DNA of 64,000 nucleotides from an uncultured virus (IMG/VR IMGVR_UViG_3300035183_001042) (lineage: Duplodnaviria > Heunggongvirae > Uroviricota > Caudoviricetes): IMG/VR virus record IMGVR_UViG_3300035183_001042. One strand, written 5' to 3'. A model generated the notes under the pieces. It had not been told where the DNA came from and ran no database searches. It saw only the letters and a list, made by a program, of their open reading frames with translations. A program made the position numbers and the translations under genes. Of this stretch, positions 8,800-18,888 are shown in pieces (within the stretch, counting starts at the first letter, position 1; each line of letters opens with the position of its first letter).

Positions 8800-9993
8800 C
8801 TACTTGCCCTCTGGGTCAGAAGTATCGGATCCGGCATCTGGGACATGACGCAGCGCGGGGAGCGTTGACGTCGAAGGTGGCGATGACCAGTCGATGCCAG
8901 GGATCGACGGTGCTCCATACGCGGCCACTCCGCCTGGCCACGGCCCGCGCGCAGGACACGGCTGCAGATCTTGCGGCGGATGAACAGCAGGCTGGATCTT
9001 CGTCGGCGGCGGCTGGAGCAGATCTCGAGGCTTGGATTCGAGTGGCGACGAGGCCTTGGTGGTCGGCGCGGTGTTGCGAGCGACGTTGTCGAGGACCTTT
9101 CGGCAAAGCGCGTCGATTTCGAAGAGGCCAGACTGTCCACGAACGACCTCTTGCTGCATGCGCGAGCGATTGCGCAACTCGTCGGTGCGGCTCGCAATCC
9201 TGTCGGTGATGGACTTGAGCACAAAGTCGATGTCCGAGAACATCTTGGAGAGGACGATGTCCTTCATATGGGCATCCGATTGTGACGTCGATCCGATGGC
9301 ATCGATGACCTGATGCAGCTCGAAGTCAGTCATCGCCGCCACGTTCACCGATCCGACCATCCTCTTGCTTTCCCATGACAGCTTCGCGGTGCTCGAGATC
9401 GAGCGGGCAAATAGGGCCAAAAGCACCAAGAAATCGTCCCTCACAAAGATGAGCCCGGATTCATCATGTTCCCGGATCCCTGGAGCGAAGTGCGCGACCT
9501 CGTCGAGGATCGCTTCAAGTCGGTCGATGGCATCTTGTCTAGCTCCGTCTGGATCAGCCGGAATCTTTGGCGATCCGAACGAACTCTCCGTGATCGCCAC
9601 CAGCAGCCATCGCGGCTCCTCGGCGAATCGCAGCCTCGTGCGCAGCTGCGGGCACAGCAGGTTCTTCGCGAGCATGATCGCACGGCGGATCTCGTCTGCG
9701 GAGAGCTTTCCCTCCTCGGACGGCATCGGCCGCTGCTGCTGCTGCTCGAGCAGCCGACGATCCATCTCCGCGTTGAGCAGCCGGACGCCAGCCCGGATCA
9801 GACGTGCGCGCGATACGCCCTCGCTCGGGTTCGTTGGCGTCACATCGCCCCACACCTCGGGTGGGCACGCCGTTGCGCCGTGCAGACCGAGCTTTTTCCC
9901 GATCGACTCGAGCAACGCAACTCCTTCGCTGTCGAGTCTGGCAACGAGAGATTCCTTCTGTTGCGCAGGCGTCTGTACGTCGTCTTCTGCCAT
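8800..9993 (-). CDS. hypothetical protein, possible N-terminal RHH-like DNA-binding region
   Basis: Long ORF; likely start MAEDD behind GGAGG; VSRARLIRAGVRLL helix; Pro-rich C-terminus. Confidence 0.55.
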   Translation of the reverse strand: MAEDDVQTPAQQKESLVARLDSEGVALLESIGKKLGLHGATACPPEVWGDVTPTNPSEGVSRARLIRAGVRLLNAEMDRRLLEQQQQRPMPSEEGKLSADEIRRAIMLAKNLLCPQLRTRLRFAEEPRWLLVAITESSFGSPKIPADPDGARQDAIDRLEAILDEVAHFAPGIREHDESGLIFVRDDFLVLLALFARSISSTAKLSWESKRMVGSVNVAAMTDFELHQVIDAIGSTSQSDAHMKDIVLSKMFSDIDFVLKSITDRIASRTDELRNRSRMQQEVVRGQSGLFEIDALCRKVLDNVARNTAPTTKASSPLESKPRDLLQPPPTKIQPAVHPPQDLQPCPARGPWPGGVAAYGAPSIPGIDWSSPPSTSTLPALRHVPDAGSDTSDPEGK

Positions 9994-10015
9994 CTTCGGT
10001 CCTCCTTGGTAGGAG

Positions 10016-10198
10016 AGGCATACGGGCCAGTCACACAAAGTCAACTACTGTTCTCATCGGAAACACCGTTCGAAACCACAGGAGAAACACCGAAGTCAGA
10101 CACGATAAGGGAAGATTATCGTGCTCGACGTATCTACTTCCTACTTGACTGCATCATCTCCATGATGCACAACCAGTGTTGAAAGGGACTTGTGCAAC
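10016..10198. promoter_or_regulatory. divergent promoter region with operator-like palindromes
   Basis: TTGACT on both strands (10145-10150 +, 10039-10044 -). Inverted repeats CACGATAA-N7-TTATCGTG (10101-10123) and TGCATCAT-N4-ATGATGCA (10150-10169). Direct repeat GAAACACCG at 10060 and 10084. Confidence 0.6.
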
Positions 10199-10489
10199 AT
10201 GAGCGAAGCCGGCAAGAAGTCGAAGATGGAAGGAAAGCTGTACATCGGCAGCAAGACGAAGAACATCGCCCAGAAGGTGATGGATGACTTGATGCCAAAC
10301 AAGGAAGACAGCGACAAGAACCTCACTGACGAGGAGCGCGAGTTGTTCTACTTCTGGCTCAAGCAGGGTGACTCGAAGCCGATCGAGCTCGCGATCCGCC
10401 TCGCGCTCGCCTCGCTGCTCGCCAGGCTCCGCGGTGTGCCTGTGCGGCAGGCTGCTGCAGAGATCCAAAGTGATCAAGAGGTCGTTTGA
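10199..10489 (+). CDS. small hypothetical protein, possible regulator
   Basis: First gene of the rightward unit; stop overlaps the next ORF's start. Confidence 0.55.
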   Translation: MSEAGKKSKMEGKLYIGSKTKNIAQKVMDDLMPNKEDSDKNLTDEERELFYFWLKQGDSKPIELAIRLALASLLARLRGVPVRQAAAEIQSDQEVV

Positions 10490-10790
10490 TGACGAACGAG
10501 CAGGCGATGCTGCTGGCGCGAGAGATCGATCGACTCTTGGACCGTCGCGTCAACGGGGACGTTCCGTACGCGTACGCGGTGAACGGTGCGGTGTTCGTAA
10601 GGTGCTCGAGTATCGAGTTTGGCTCGATCAAGGGAACGAAGGCGATGTTGCGACGTGGCGTGCGAGCTCGGTGACGGACATGGGCGCCGCCGTCGGCGAG
10701 GGTCTGTCCACTGTGCCAAGTACCTCTCGAGTCGCATCGTGTCCGGATCTAGATGACGAGTAGTCCATCTTCAGAGGAGCAGAGGTTTCG

Positions 10791-11723
10791 ATGCTGACGC
10801 ACAAGCAGGTCGTTTCAGAACAAGTCTTCTCCGAGATCATCGACGGAAAGAGGCGTTTTCACACGTTTCGATCTCCAGTGATGCCTGGGGACGTGATCCG
10901 CTTCGAGCGGCATCCGTACGAGCCAGAGCGAGAGGAGACAGAGAGGAAGATCGATTTCGTCGTCACGCCCGAAGAGATGGGCGTGAACCAGGTCGTCTAC
11001 GTGGCTGTCTTCGATGGGGCAGTGACCGGATCTGGAGCCCAAGGAGGTCTGAGCGACCTCCAGCGCACGATCCAGAGCCTCTGGGCATCTGTCAAATACA
11101 GTTCGTCCTACATGGCTCGCGCAGATCCACAGCGAGATGCGGCGAGCGCTCTGCTTGAACTCGCTGAGTCCGTTGGGAGCATCTCGCATGATCTGTCGAT
11201 TCTCGAGCGAGAGGGCTACCATCGATCCGATGAGAAAAAAGCAGCCGACGCGATCGCCGACGTGGTGATCTGCGCCGCTCGGATCGCGAGCACCTGGCCG
11301 TCGACGTCGTGGCCTTTCAAGCCCATCGATCTGCAGCTGGCGGTATCGAACCGTCTGTCGCAGAAGTTTTCTTATCGATCTGCGATCTCTTCTGTATCGG
11401 ACAGGTTCAAGTCGATCGTCGAAGAGGTTTGGAGCGAGCGGACCACTCTCTGGGGAAAGTCCGATGTCGACCATCCACTCGTTCGTCCGCGCGGACCTGA
11501 CCAGCTCTCCTTCTACGGGCTTGACGAAGAAGGAGAGGCCATGGATCGAAAGATATCTGAGTTCGACAAAGGAAGAGACGACTGGATGCTGATCCTTGTC
11601 GCCGAAGTGTCTCGGTTCGGCAGCGCCGCTGTTCGCGGCGATGTCGAGCGAGCGAGGAAGTACGCGGTTCGCATCGCGGCGGTCGCCATGGCGATCGTCG
11701 ATTCCATCGACAAGTACGCGTAA
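10791..11723 (+). CDS. ASCH/DUF3850-like domain fused to two MazG-like helical domains
   Basis: HKQVVSEQVFSEIIDGKRRF..PGDVIRF; LLELAESVG...ADAIADVVI; WMLILVAEV...AVRIAAVAMAIVD. Confidence 0.55.
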   Translation: MLTHKQVVSEQVFSEIIDGKRRFHTFRSPVMPGDVIRFERHPYEPEREETERKIDFVVTPEEMGVNQVVYVAVFDGAVTGSGAQGGLSDLQRTIQSLWASVKYSSSYMARADPQRDAASALLELAESVGSISHDLSILEREGYHRSDEKKAADAIADVVICAARIASTWPSTSWPFKPIDLQLAVSNRLSQKFSYRSAISSVSDRFKSIVEEVWSERTTLWGKSDVDHPLVRPRGPDQLSFYGLDEEGEAMDRKISEFDKGRDDWMLILVAEVSRFGSAAVRGDVERARKYAVRIAAVAMAIVDSIDKYA

Positions 11724-11812
11724 TGCACCACGGACGTTAGATGGATGGTCGCTGACGCAATCTATACGTCCAGTCCGCGTTAGCAGACGCCGATAGTCTC
11801 TAGCCGATCACC

Positions 11813-11995
11813 ATGATCACGAAGATCAAGACCGTGCAGTGTCCAGACTGCAAGAAGTACCTGACTATCCGAGGCGCCGAGAGCGATGAGCAGATAACCA
11901 TCGCAGTCGAGAACCATGGTTGGAGAAGGTCAAAGAAAGACGGTCAATACTACTGCTGGATCTGCGTCATGAGGCGCAGACGAAGCAGGGCGTAG
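11813..11995 (+). CDS. small Zn-ribbon protein
   Basis: CPDC...GW...YYCWIC. Confidence 0.55.
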   Translation: MITKIKTVQCPDCKKYLTIRGAESDEQITIAVENHGWRRSKKDGQYYCWICVMRRRRSRA

Positions 11996-12159
11996 ATGTC
12001 GATCTTGTCAGAGACGAGGGTTGAACGCTTCGTCCAGCGCGAGCGCAAGCACGTCACATTATCCTGCAGGATAATCAGACATACCGAACCGATCAACCGC
12101 ATAGTAGACCTAGTCAGAGATTCCCCAAGCAGAAAACAAAGAAGCGAATTTACGTCGAA

Positions 12160-12843
12160 TCATTTACCTGCCGACATCGTGCGCATGATCGATGCGCCTG
12201 TGATCGCCGCAAGAATGAAGAGAGACATGCCAATTGGAGATACATGAATGATTCCTGATGGTCTTTCAAATGGAATGTCATAGTCATACGGTGATACTTC
12301 TTTTGCCTTCACAGGGACAGCCGAGATGATCTTCGCTGGATTGTAGAGCACTATCCAGTGCTCTTTTGAGCCAAAGCCAGGAGCCGTCTCAACAGAGGCA
12401 TCTGCCCCGTGGGATACCAAAAAATCAGCTACTTTAGGAGCGTTTTCGCCGATCAACCCATCGCTGTTGACGAGCAGATTTACAAGGGTTTGGGCCTGAA
12501 CAACCCCGTGTACCTTCATCCTATCCGAGGACAAGCGCAGTCGCTCAATGACATCCTTCTTCTTCGATGGAGCGAAGCGGTGCAGCGAACGAACAAGCGA
12601 CTCAGCTTCATCTAGAGGCAATAGCACCGAGTCAATCCAGCGGAGATCACTGGATACTGTTACCCTCATCACCGACCCGCCTCCTTTTGCGTAAGATCGA
12701 GCGCGATTGTAAGAGGTGGTGAGGTAGATGCCTGGGCCGCATTCAGTGCGACCTTTCTTTGCTGGACGAATGCCACAATTCATGTCCCAAGTGGAGCTCT
12801 TTGAGCCGTGCCAAAACACAAATGGGGTAGCCATGGCGGTCAA
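12160..12843 (-). CDS. ADP-ribosyltransferase-like (HYE/PolyVal-type) protein with C-terminal hydrophobic helix
   Basis: FWHGS...GPGIYLTTSYNRARSYA...EHWIVLYNP; tail PSGIIHVSPIGMSLFILAAITGASIMR. Confidence 0.6.
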   Translation of the reverse strand: MTAMATPFVFWHGSKSSTWDMNCGIRPAKKGRTECGPGIYLTTSYNRARSYAKGGGSVMRVTVSSDLRWIDSVLLPLDEAESLVRSLHRFAPSKKKDVIERLRLSSDRMKVHGVVQAQTLVNLLVNSDGLIGENAPKVADFLVSHGADASVETAPGFGSKEHWIVLYNPAKIISAVPVKAKEVSPYDYDIPFERPSGIIHVSPIGMSLFILAAITGASIMRTMSAGK

Positions 12844-12855
12844 CGATGTGGTGTA

Positions 12856-12913
12856 GTGAGCGTGAGCGTGAGCGTGAGCGTGAGCGTGAGCGTGAGCGTG
12901 GGCGTGAGCGTGA
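12856..12913. repeat. (GTGAGC)9 hexamer tandem repeat
   Basis: Directly visible; one variant unit GTGGGC. Confidence 0.95.
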
Positions 12914-13464
12914 CCAAGCTTATCGCAGATGATAGCACCGACGAGTACTGGAGCACCATGCCAGCCGGCAAGACGTTGGACATGAAGTCTTGGGCAACCG
13001 CCATCGATCTCGTCACTCGCAAGGTGATGCTCGACAAGGTTCCTCTGCTACAGTCGTTCAAGTTATTCGGCGGAGAGGAGGTTACTTCAGGCCAAGTACA
13101 AGGCAGGTCGTGCGCTCTCGAGCCACTGCAAGATGCTCCCATACGGAGGAATCATCGCGCTTGCGACGCTCTCCAATGTTCATGGAGAACGGGACTGCTC
13201 AAGCCCTTGGTTCATTGGGCCTGTGGCGTGGCGCATCTCTGACATCGTGAAGATCGCACCGGTACCCCGTGGAAGATCGTAGGGGCTGTGGAAGGTCGCA
13301 GGGGCTGTGGAAGGTCGATGGCGAGCTGCTCGACAACGTTCGGGAGGCCTTTCGGTCAGCCATCGGCCACAAGAAAGAAGAACGACGATCGGTCTTGAGT
13401 GGTCTCGTAGGCGAGACGGACAAGTCTTAGTAGGTCATCGGACCTTAGGAACAGGAGAAATATC

Positions 13465-13741
13465 CATGAGCAAGCAAGCATTGATGAGACTCGAATATGT
13501 CGAGTACAGTGAAGTCCAAGGGGAGTTCACTGCGAACGCCAAGTGTACGAACTGCGGCGCGTCGCCGTGTCTCGTGCTCTCACTCAGGAACAACCGCAGG
13601 GTTGGATGCTGCGGTCTGTGTCTCAACTCTTCGTGGGGAGACTTTGTCTCGGAGAACATTGATCCCAAGAGCAAGAAGAGGCTTGATGCAGAGACCGGAC
13701 ACAAGCAATTCATGGAGGCGAGGAAGCGGAGGATGACTTGA
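13465..13741 (+). CDS. Cys-rich Zn-finger protein
   Basis: Likely start MSKQ after AGGAG; CTNCGASPC...CCGLC. Confidence 0.55.
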
Positions 13742-14055
13742 CCATGAAAAAGCAACTGCCTCGGTACCGGAGAGACATCTACGAGGTATACCTCATGGCA
13801 AACTCGCCGTGGATAGGCGTCATCCGCGGTGTCTCAAGCAGACACAGGAAGCTCCTGTGCAGCCTGAAGAGCCTGCTATCGATGGCAGATCATATGGTCG
13901 GACATCGCAAGGGTAGAGTCCTTCGTGAGAGACTGCGCGACCGACTGATGAAGCTCGATCCGCAGACGCGAGATCGGTTCATGGTAGCGCTCGGACTGAA
14001 GAAGCCAGAGACGCTTCTTCTCGGCAAGAAGAGAAGCAACAGGCCTATTCGATAG
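13738..14055 (+). CDS. basic hypothetical protein
   Basis: ORF coupled to the previous gene. Confidence 0.45.
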   Translation: MTMKKQLPRYRRDIYEVYLMANSPWIGVIRGVSSRHRKLLCSLKSLLSMADHMVGHRKGRVLRERLRDRLMKLDPQTRDRFMVALGLKKPETLLLGKKRSNRPIR

Positions 14056-14197
14056 GGATCGTCCAGCATCTTCTTGGACAAGGTTGATCCTTCGTTGATC
14101 TTGTCATCCGATGGACGGCTCCATGTCTGGCGGAAGCTGCGTGACGAAGAACTCGATTCTATCTGGCTGACCGAATAGTGTTCGGAGACAAAGACCC

Positions 14198-14713
14198 GTG
14201 CGAGGAAGGATCGTCGCACAGCGGCACGGAGGATCCATGACTATGAATCGGAAGAAGCTGGCAGATGAGATGTCAAAGACGCTTTTCATGATCGAGCCAA
14301 AGCTGGCGATCGTCTACTTGTCGATGGAGAGGGACAAGCCGTTCTTTGGCATCACTTGGGACGAGGTCGTTCTCGACGATGAAACAGATGGAGTCGTGGG
14401 TGGTTGCCGGTTTGCGACTACACCAGAAGAGGACGCAGAGGAGAGACTCAGCGAGCTCGTCGACCAATGGATCGCCGATCCGTTCGACATGCACTGCAAG
14501 CTTGAGGTCGAGCACAGCGGGATGTGTCTCTGTCTCGAGATGATCTCGAGCAACTACAAGACGATCAAGGCAGACGGAGCCATCTTGCTCTTCGAGCGAG
14601 ACGGTGACGCAGCGACGGCCATGCTTGAGGCCAAGAAGACGCTCAAGCAGATGGTTGCATCGATGATCGAGGCTTCCAAGGAGGAACCTGCAAACTGTGG
14701 ATCCGCAAACTGA
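14198..14713 (+). CDS. hypothetical protein
   Basis: Start probably MTMNRKK after GGAGG. Confidence 0.55.
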   Translation: MRGRIVAQRHGGSMTMNRKKLADEMSKTLFMIEPKLAIVYLSMERDKPFFGITWDEVVLDDETDGVVGGCRFATTPEEDAEERLSELVDQWIADPFDMHCKLEVEHSGMCLCLEMISSNYKTIKADGAILLFERDGDAATAMLEAKKTLKQMVASMIEASKEEPANCGSAN

Positions 14714-15029
14714 TCTAATGAGTTCACTATGCTCACTCTTGTGAGACGGATGATCTCGCTTCGTCCGTACAACAAGGACATCATGTGGAGAATCGTTGAT
14801 CGCAACGTCTCTCTCAAGAGAGAGCAGAAGAAGACCAGATGCGCTTGAGGATTCGGGACGCGGCGTGATCATGACGATGGGCAAAGTCGGCGTATGAAAG
14901 ACATCTGTCGCCGTCAGCGTTGCCGTCGAGTTCGCGCGTCGCTGACACAAAGTGCACCTGACCACCACGGACACCGCGGATTTGGCAGCGTCCGGACAAG
15001 GACCATCGACTCGGTCAAAGGCGTCGGGT

Positions 15030-15680
15030 ATGATGGCGATCATGAGCGTTGAAATCGTTACCATGACCGGCTGCGGTGCCTGTGGGCAAGCGAAGAAACT
15101 GCTCGCCGAACTCGGCGTGCCGTACACCGAGGTTCCACACACCCAACGTCCAAACATGAAGAACTTTCCGGTGCTGGTCATCGATCAACGGCCGGTCTTC
15201 ACCGGGTTCAACCGCGAGATGTGGAAGGAGAAGGTTCGTGCCTATCGGTCCTCGGCGCTTGCGGCTCCGTGGCGTTCCTCTGGGCAGGCTGAAGGGCAGG
15301 CTGAAGGGCAGGCTGAAGGGCAGACCGAAGGGCAGCCTGGCGTCCTTGCGAGGACGGCGGACCCGGTACCGGTGGGGATGTCTTGTGGCCGACGGGTGAC
15401 CGCAAAGAATGTCGGCACGATGCTGGGCGTGGGGGTGGTCTCGGGGCTGATCGGCGGAGAGAAGACGATCCCGGCCATCGGCATCGCGGGGGCGATCGTT
15501 TACTACTTGGGCACCACCCACTACGGCTGCCAGGTTCGCGCCGCAGGCTCTGGTCTGATGCTCGGCGCCGTTCTCGCTGCGATCAAGCACTGCGTTGTCG
15601 AGGACATGAAGGACGACGCCGAGCGTGCCAGGATCGAGTCCAAGCAGATGCAGCCTCCATCGACAAGCACGCGCCAGTGA
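15030..15680 (+). CDS. glutaredoxin/NrdH-like domain fused to membrane helices
   Basis: MTGCGACGQAKKLL...FPVLVID...FTGFN; GQAE repeat linker (15282-15335); Gly/Ala-rich TM segments. Confidence 0.7.
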   Translation: MMAIMSVEIVTMTGCGACGQAKKLLAELGVPYTEVPHTQRPNMKNFPVLVIDQRPVFTGFNREMWKEKVRAYRSSALAAPWRSSGQAEGQAEGQAEGQTEGQPGVLARTADPVPVGMSCGRRVTAKNVGTMLGVGVVSGLIGGEKTIPAIGIAGAIVYYLGTTHYGCQVRAAGSGLMLGAVLAAIKHCVVEDMKDDAERARIESKQMQPPSTSTRQ

Positions 15681-15931
15681 GCGGGCGCTCGAGAAGGAGC
15701 AGGCGACATCTTTGGCGAATCAGGAGTCGCGTTCGACGCCAAGAGCAGATCCGTGATCATCATGGATTCTGCCATGGCATCCATCCTGTCTATCCGAAAC
15801 GATGATCTCTAGAAAGCTCGTCGCAATGATGCAGACATTGATCTGCCCCGGCAGGGCTTGATCGATGCTTATGCGAACGCTCCAGAAGATCTGCTCATGG
15901 TTGCGCGGAGCATTCCATTGAGTCAGAAGCG

Positions 15932-16960
15932 TTAGCCCGCCAAGACAGACCAGGTTTTCGGTCCAACGATCTTGTCGACGGTCAGCCCAGCGCGCCGCTG
16001 GACTGTCCCGACGTACTCGACGGGATGAAGACCGGCCGCTGCCGCCTCGGACACGACGCGGTCGACGACGCGAATGATCTCGATCGTGCTTGGCGTTGGA
16101 GTAGGGTCGGACCAGACGATGATTGGCTTGGTCGTGACGTTTCTGATCAGGTGATTACCAAGTGTCCACGGATACGTGTCGTGCCCGTACCCTTGGATCG
16201 TCGTAGTCCTCGGCCTCAGCACCGTAGGGTCCGACCTTCGCATGGCTTCCTCGACGCTCTTCCACTCCCGCTCCATCCACTCGTAGATCCTAGAGTACGC
16301 CTTGTCTTGGTGGTATCGGTACCAGTTGGCCCAGTAGAACTGTGGCGCGCGCACGTCGACCCAAGAACCGAACTCATCGATGGGAAAGCCAGCGAAGGAA
16401 CCACCCTGGCCGATTGGCTTCGCGATCCTTCTGTTGTCGCCGTGCTGCTCAGGCATTGGCCATGGCTGGTCGATGACGACGACGTCTGTCATTGCTCGAA
16501 CAGCTCGGCCCATCTCGAGCGCCCCATCCTCATCCATGTCGTCCTCAGGTCCTTCGTCTCGGTCCCAGGCGGTTTCGGCGTTCGGCAGCAGCAGAGAGGC
16601 TTTGCTGCGCACGACGGCCAGGCCCATCCTCTCCCCCTTTTCCTTCGCGGTCAGGCGTGTCCCGTCGTGGTCACTGCTCCCGTCCAGTCCGTACGCGAGC
16701 CCAGCCAGAGGCGGAGTCGCCCTCGCGCCCAAAATCGTCGAGACGATCTCGGAGGCTCGCTTGTCGAACGGCGAAGAGAATCCTCCGATCGATCGGTCCT
16801 TGGGGAAGTCGTGACCGACGACGCCGACAGAGATGCCGAGCCCGAGCAGTGGGCTCTTCACGAAGTCTTCGAGAGCCTTTCTCTTGTCGCTCCGGCGGAG
16901 AGCGTCGAGGTAGACTTGGAAGTACAGGCCTGACTTGATGGGGAATGCGTTGGTGTTCAT
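15932..16960 (-). CDS. putative cell-wall hydrolase (TIM-barrel glycosidase-like domain plus peptidoglycan-binding domain)
   Basis: C-terminal VQRRAGLTVDKIVGPKTW resembles PG_binding_1; PNAE and APQFYW motifs upstream. Confidence 0.55.
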   Translation of the reverse strand: MNTNAFPIKSGLYFQVYLDALRRSDKRKALEDFVKSPLLGLGISVGVVGHDFPKDRSIGGFSSPFDKRASEIVSTILGARATPPLAGLAYGLDGSSDHDGTRLTAKEKGERMGLAVVRSKASLLLPNAETAWDRDEGPEDDMDEDGALEMGRAVRAMTDVVVIDQPWPMPEQHGDNRRIAKPIGQGGSFAGFPIDEFGSWVDVRAPQFYWANWYRYHQDKAYSRIYEWMEREWKSVEEAMRRSDPTVLRPRTTTIQGYGHDTYPWTLGNHLIRNVTTKPIIVWSDPTPTPSTIEIIRVVDRVVSEAAAAGLHPVEYVGTVQRRAGLTVDKIVGPKTWSVLAG

Positions 16961-17023
16961 GCGCGGAGCATGTCTCTCTGCACGGCTATGTCCAATAAAC
17001 TCAGCCGATGATATATTGCGGTC

Positions 17024-17911
17024 ATGGACACAAAAGAAGTTTCTCCATTGGTTCAGCTGACGATGAAGCTATTTGTCTCGCCGGCGCAGATGGCCGTTCG
17101 AGGGACGATTAGCGACGCGCACCCCAGTGATAACTTTGCGCGAAAGATCCTTTCTGCAGCCGCTAAGCCGTCTCTGTTCTCTGTCGCGAAAATCGCATCA
17201 GAGAAGTACAAGATGCCCATTGATAGGGTCTGGTCATATCTGCTCGAAGAGGTCGCAGAGAAGAGCGGTGTTTCTTCTGATATTCGAAGCGGAGCCAGGA
17301 TGGTCTACCTGATCAGCCCGAAGCTATGGTGCTGGTCGATCGCAAAAATCATCGACGCGCATCTAGAGTCGATTGTTCTAGACGCGGATGAGGCCATGAG
17401 CGTCGACGGAGTGACGATAAGCATGGCTCGACGAGGTCTTCGGCTTGTCGAGCGATGGGTAACTGGCAACGTTTCGAGTTCTTCGCTCTTGGGAGAGTTG
17501 TCGATACTTGAGAGCTCGGTGGATGCTGGCGTCAAGGTTCGAGACGTAAATGTAGCAGTCTACAAAGACGAGCCGGATCGTCTCTGGTGCGCGGCTGCGA
17601 ATAGGCTTTTTTCTACGACGATGTTGTTCGCAGAAGGCTTTGTTGATGGTAACGACGATCAAGTGATGCACGTCACCAGGCTGATGATCTTGGCGTTGCT
17701 CGCGGAGTTAGACCTTCCCGTAAACTCCGGCTCTCGTAAGGTCTCAGCGATGCGTTTGTCTGACGAACTGTCTTCGTTGATCCCGAATTTTCCGATAGAT
17801 CATCTCCCTCACGCTGACGCAGGCGCGATCCCTGGAGGAGTTGCTGGGTCGGCGATTCTGGGGGCGGCGATCGGCGCGGCAGTGTCGTTCATCATCCGTC
17901 GTAGTCGATAG
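17024..17911 (+). CDS. divergent Imm5-like helical protein with C-terminal TM anchor
   Basis: SPKLWCW...LRLVERWVTG; tail DAGAIPGGVAGSAILGAAIGAAVSFIIRRSR. Confidence 0.55.
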   Translation: MDTKEVSPLVQLTMKLFVSPAQMAVRGTISDAHPSDNFARKILSAAAKPSLFSVAKIASEKYKMPIDRVWSYLLEEVAEKSGVSSDIRSGARMVYLISPKLWCWSIAKIIDAHLESIVLDADEAMSVDGVTISMARRGLRLVERWVTGNVSSSSLLGELSILESSVDAGVKVRDVNVAVYKDEPDRLWCAAANRLFSTTMLFAEGFVDGNDDQVMHVTRLMILALLAELDLPVNSGSRKVSAMRLSDELSSLIPNFPIDHLPHADAGAIPGGVAGSAILGAAIGAAVSFIIRRSR

Positions 17912-18158
17912 TTGAGTTGATCTCGACGCTTCATGTACTTTCAGATACGCTTCGTTCGGCGTTGAGCCTTCGTATCGACGCAGAATGTATCCATATCCAT
18001 CATGGTATCATTCTGGCGGAAGACTCCTGAGAGGAGCTGTGTACAATGGGCAAGTCGGGGAGCGTCTTCATCGATGGAGATCACGTTGCTGTGTTCATGA
18101 CAACGACCGAAGACCCATAGTTTGTGCTACAGTCTTTTGCATGCTTATCGACCAAGAC

Positions 18159-18437
18159 ATGTGCCCAACTATCCCTTCGGCCGACACGGCCTACCGATTG
18201 ATGCGCGGCGACGGATCTGCCGTGCCGAATCTGATTCGCGATATGGTGGGGCGCGCTGCGCTCGTGGGCATCGGCGTTGCGCTTGCTGGCGGATCGAGAG
18301 ATGAGGCGATCCGGTACGGGATCGCCGGCGCTCTTTCGATCGAGGCTTTTGTCTTGGCGTACGCGGCAGTGCGCGTCTTCGGACAGAAGGCAGAACCGGC
18401 CGCTCAGTCGTCTTCTCAGGCGACAGCCACTAGCTGA
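18159..18437 (+). CDS. small two-TM membrane protein
   Basis: RAALVGIGVALAG and GIAGALSIEAFVLAYAAV hydrophobic helices; start uncertain. Confidence 0.55.
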   Translation: MCPTIPSADTAYRLMRGDGSAVPNLIRDMVGRAALVGIGVALAGGSRDEAIRYGIAGALSIEAFVLAYAAVRVFGQKAEPAAQSSSQATATS

Positions 18438-18854
18438 TCATGTCCTCTTCTCGGAGATGACCACAGACCGGTTTCTTTGGTCTATGATGACCGGAGAACG
18501 TGCCGTTGTCTCGAGGCACAGATTGTACATGATCGATGGCCAGATCGGGTCGAGGTCCAATGCCTCTGCGCTGACGATCTGGACAATCTCTGCGGAGACG
18601 TGTCCGCGGTCCGTCATCTCACCTCTCATGAATACGAGGTCCAGAGGGAAGGTTGTTTCTCTCATCGTGAACGGAGTCAACACCATCTGCTGGAACACAA
18701 AGAGGATGCCTGTTCCGTAGGGTGGCCTACGGCGACCGATGAATCCTCGCTCGCGTTCTTCTTGTGTGGCTGCGATCTCGCAGTCGACAACCAAGCCAGA
18801 AGGAAGAGAGACGAACGCACCCTTCCATTCTTTCATCACAGCATCCATCCGCAT
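18438..18854 (-). CDS. DUF192 family protein
   Basis: EIAATQEERERGF...GILFVF...FTMRETTFPLDLVFM. Confidence 0.8.
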   Translation of the reverse strand: MRMDAVMKEWKGAFVSLPSGLVVDCEIAATQEERERGFIGRRRPPYGTGILFVFQQMVLTPFTMRETTFPLDLVFMRGEMTDRGHVSAEIVQIVSAEALDLDPIWPSIMYNLCLETTARSPVIIDQRNRSVVISEKRT

Positions 18855-18888
18855 GATGGCGATGATACCTCAGGTGCGGATTGCTGGT

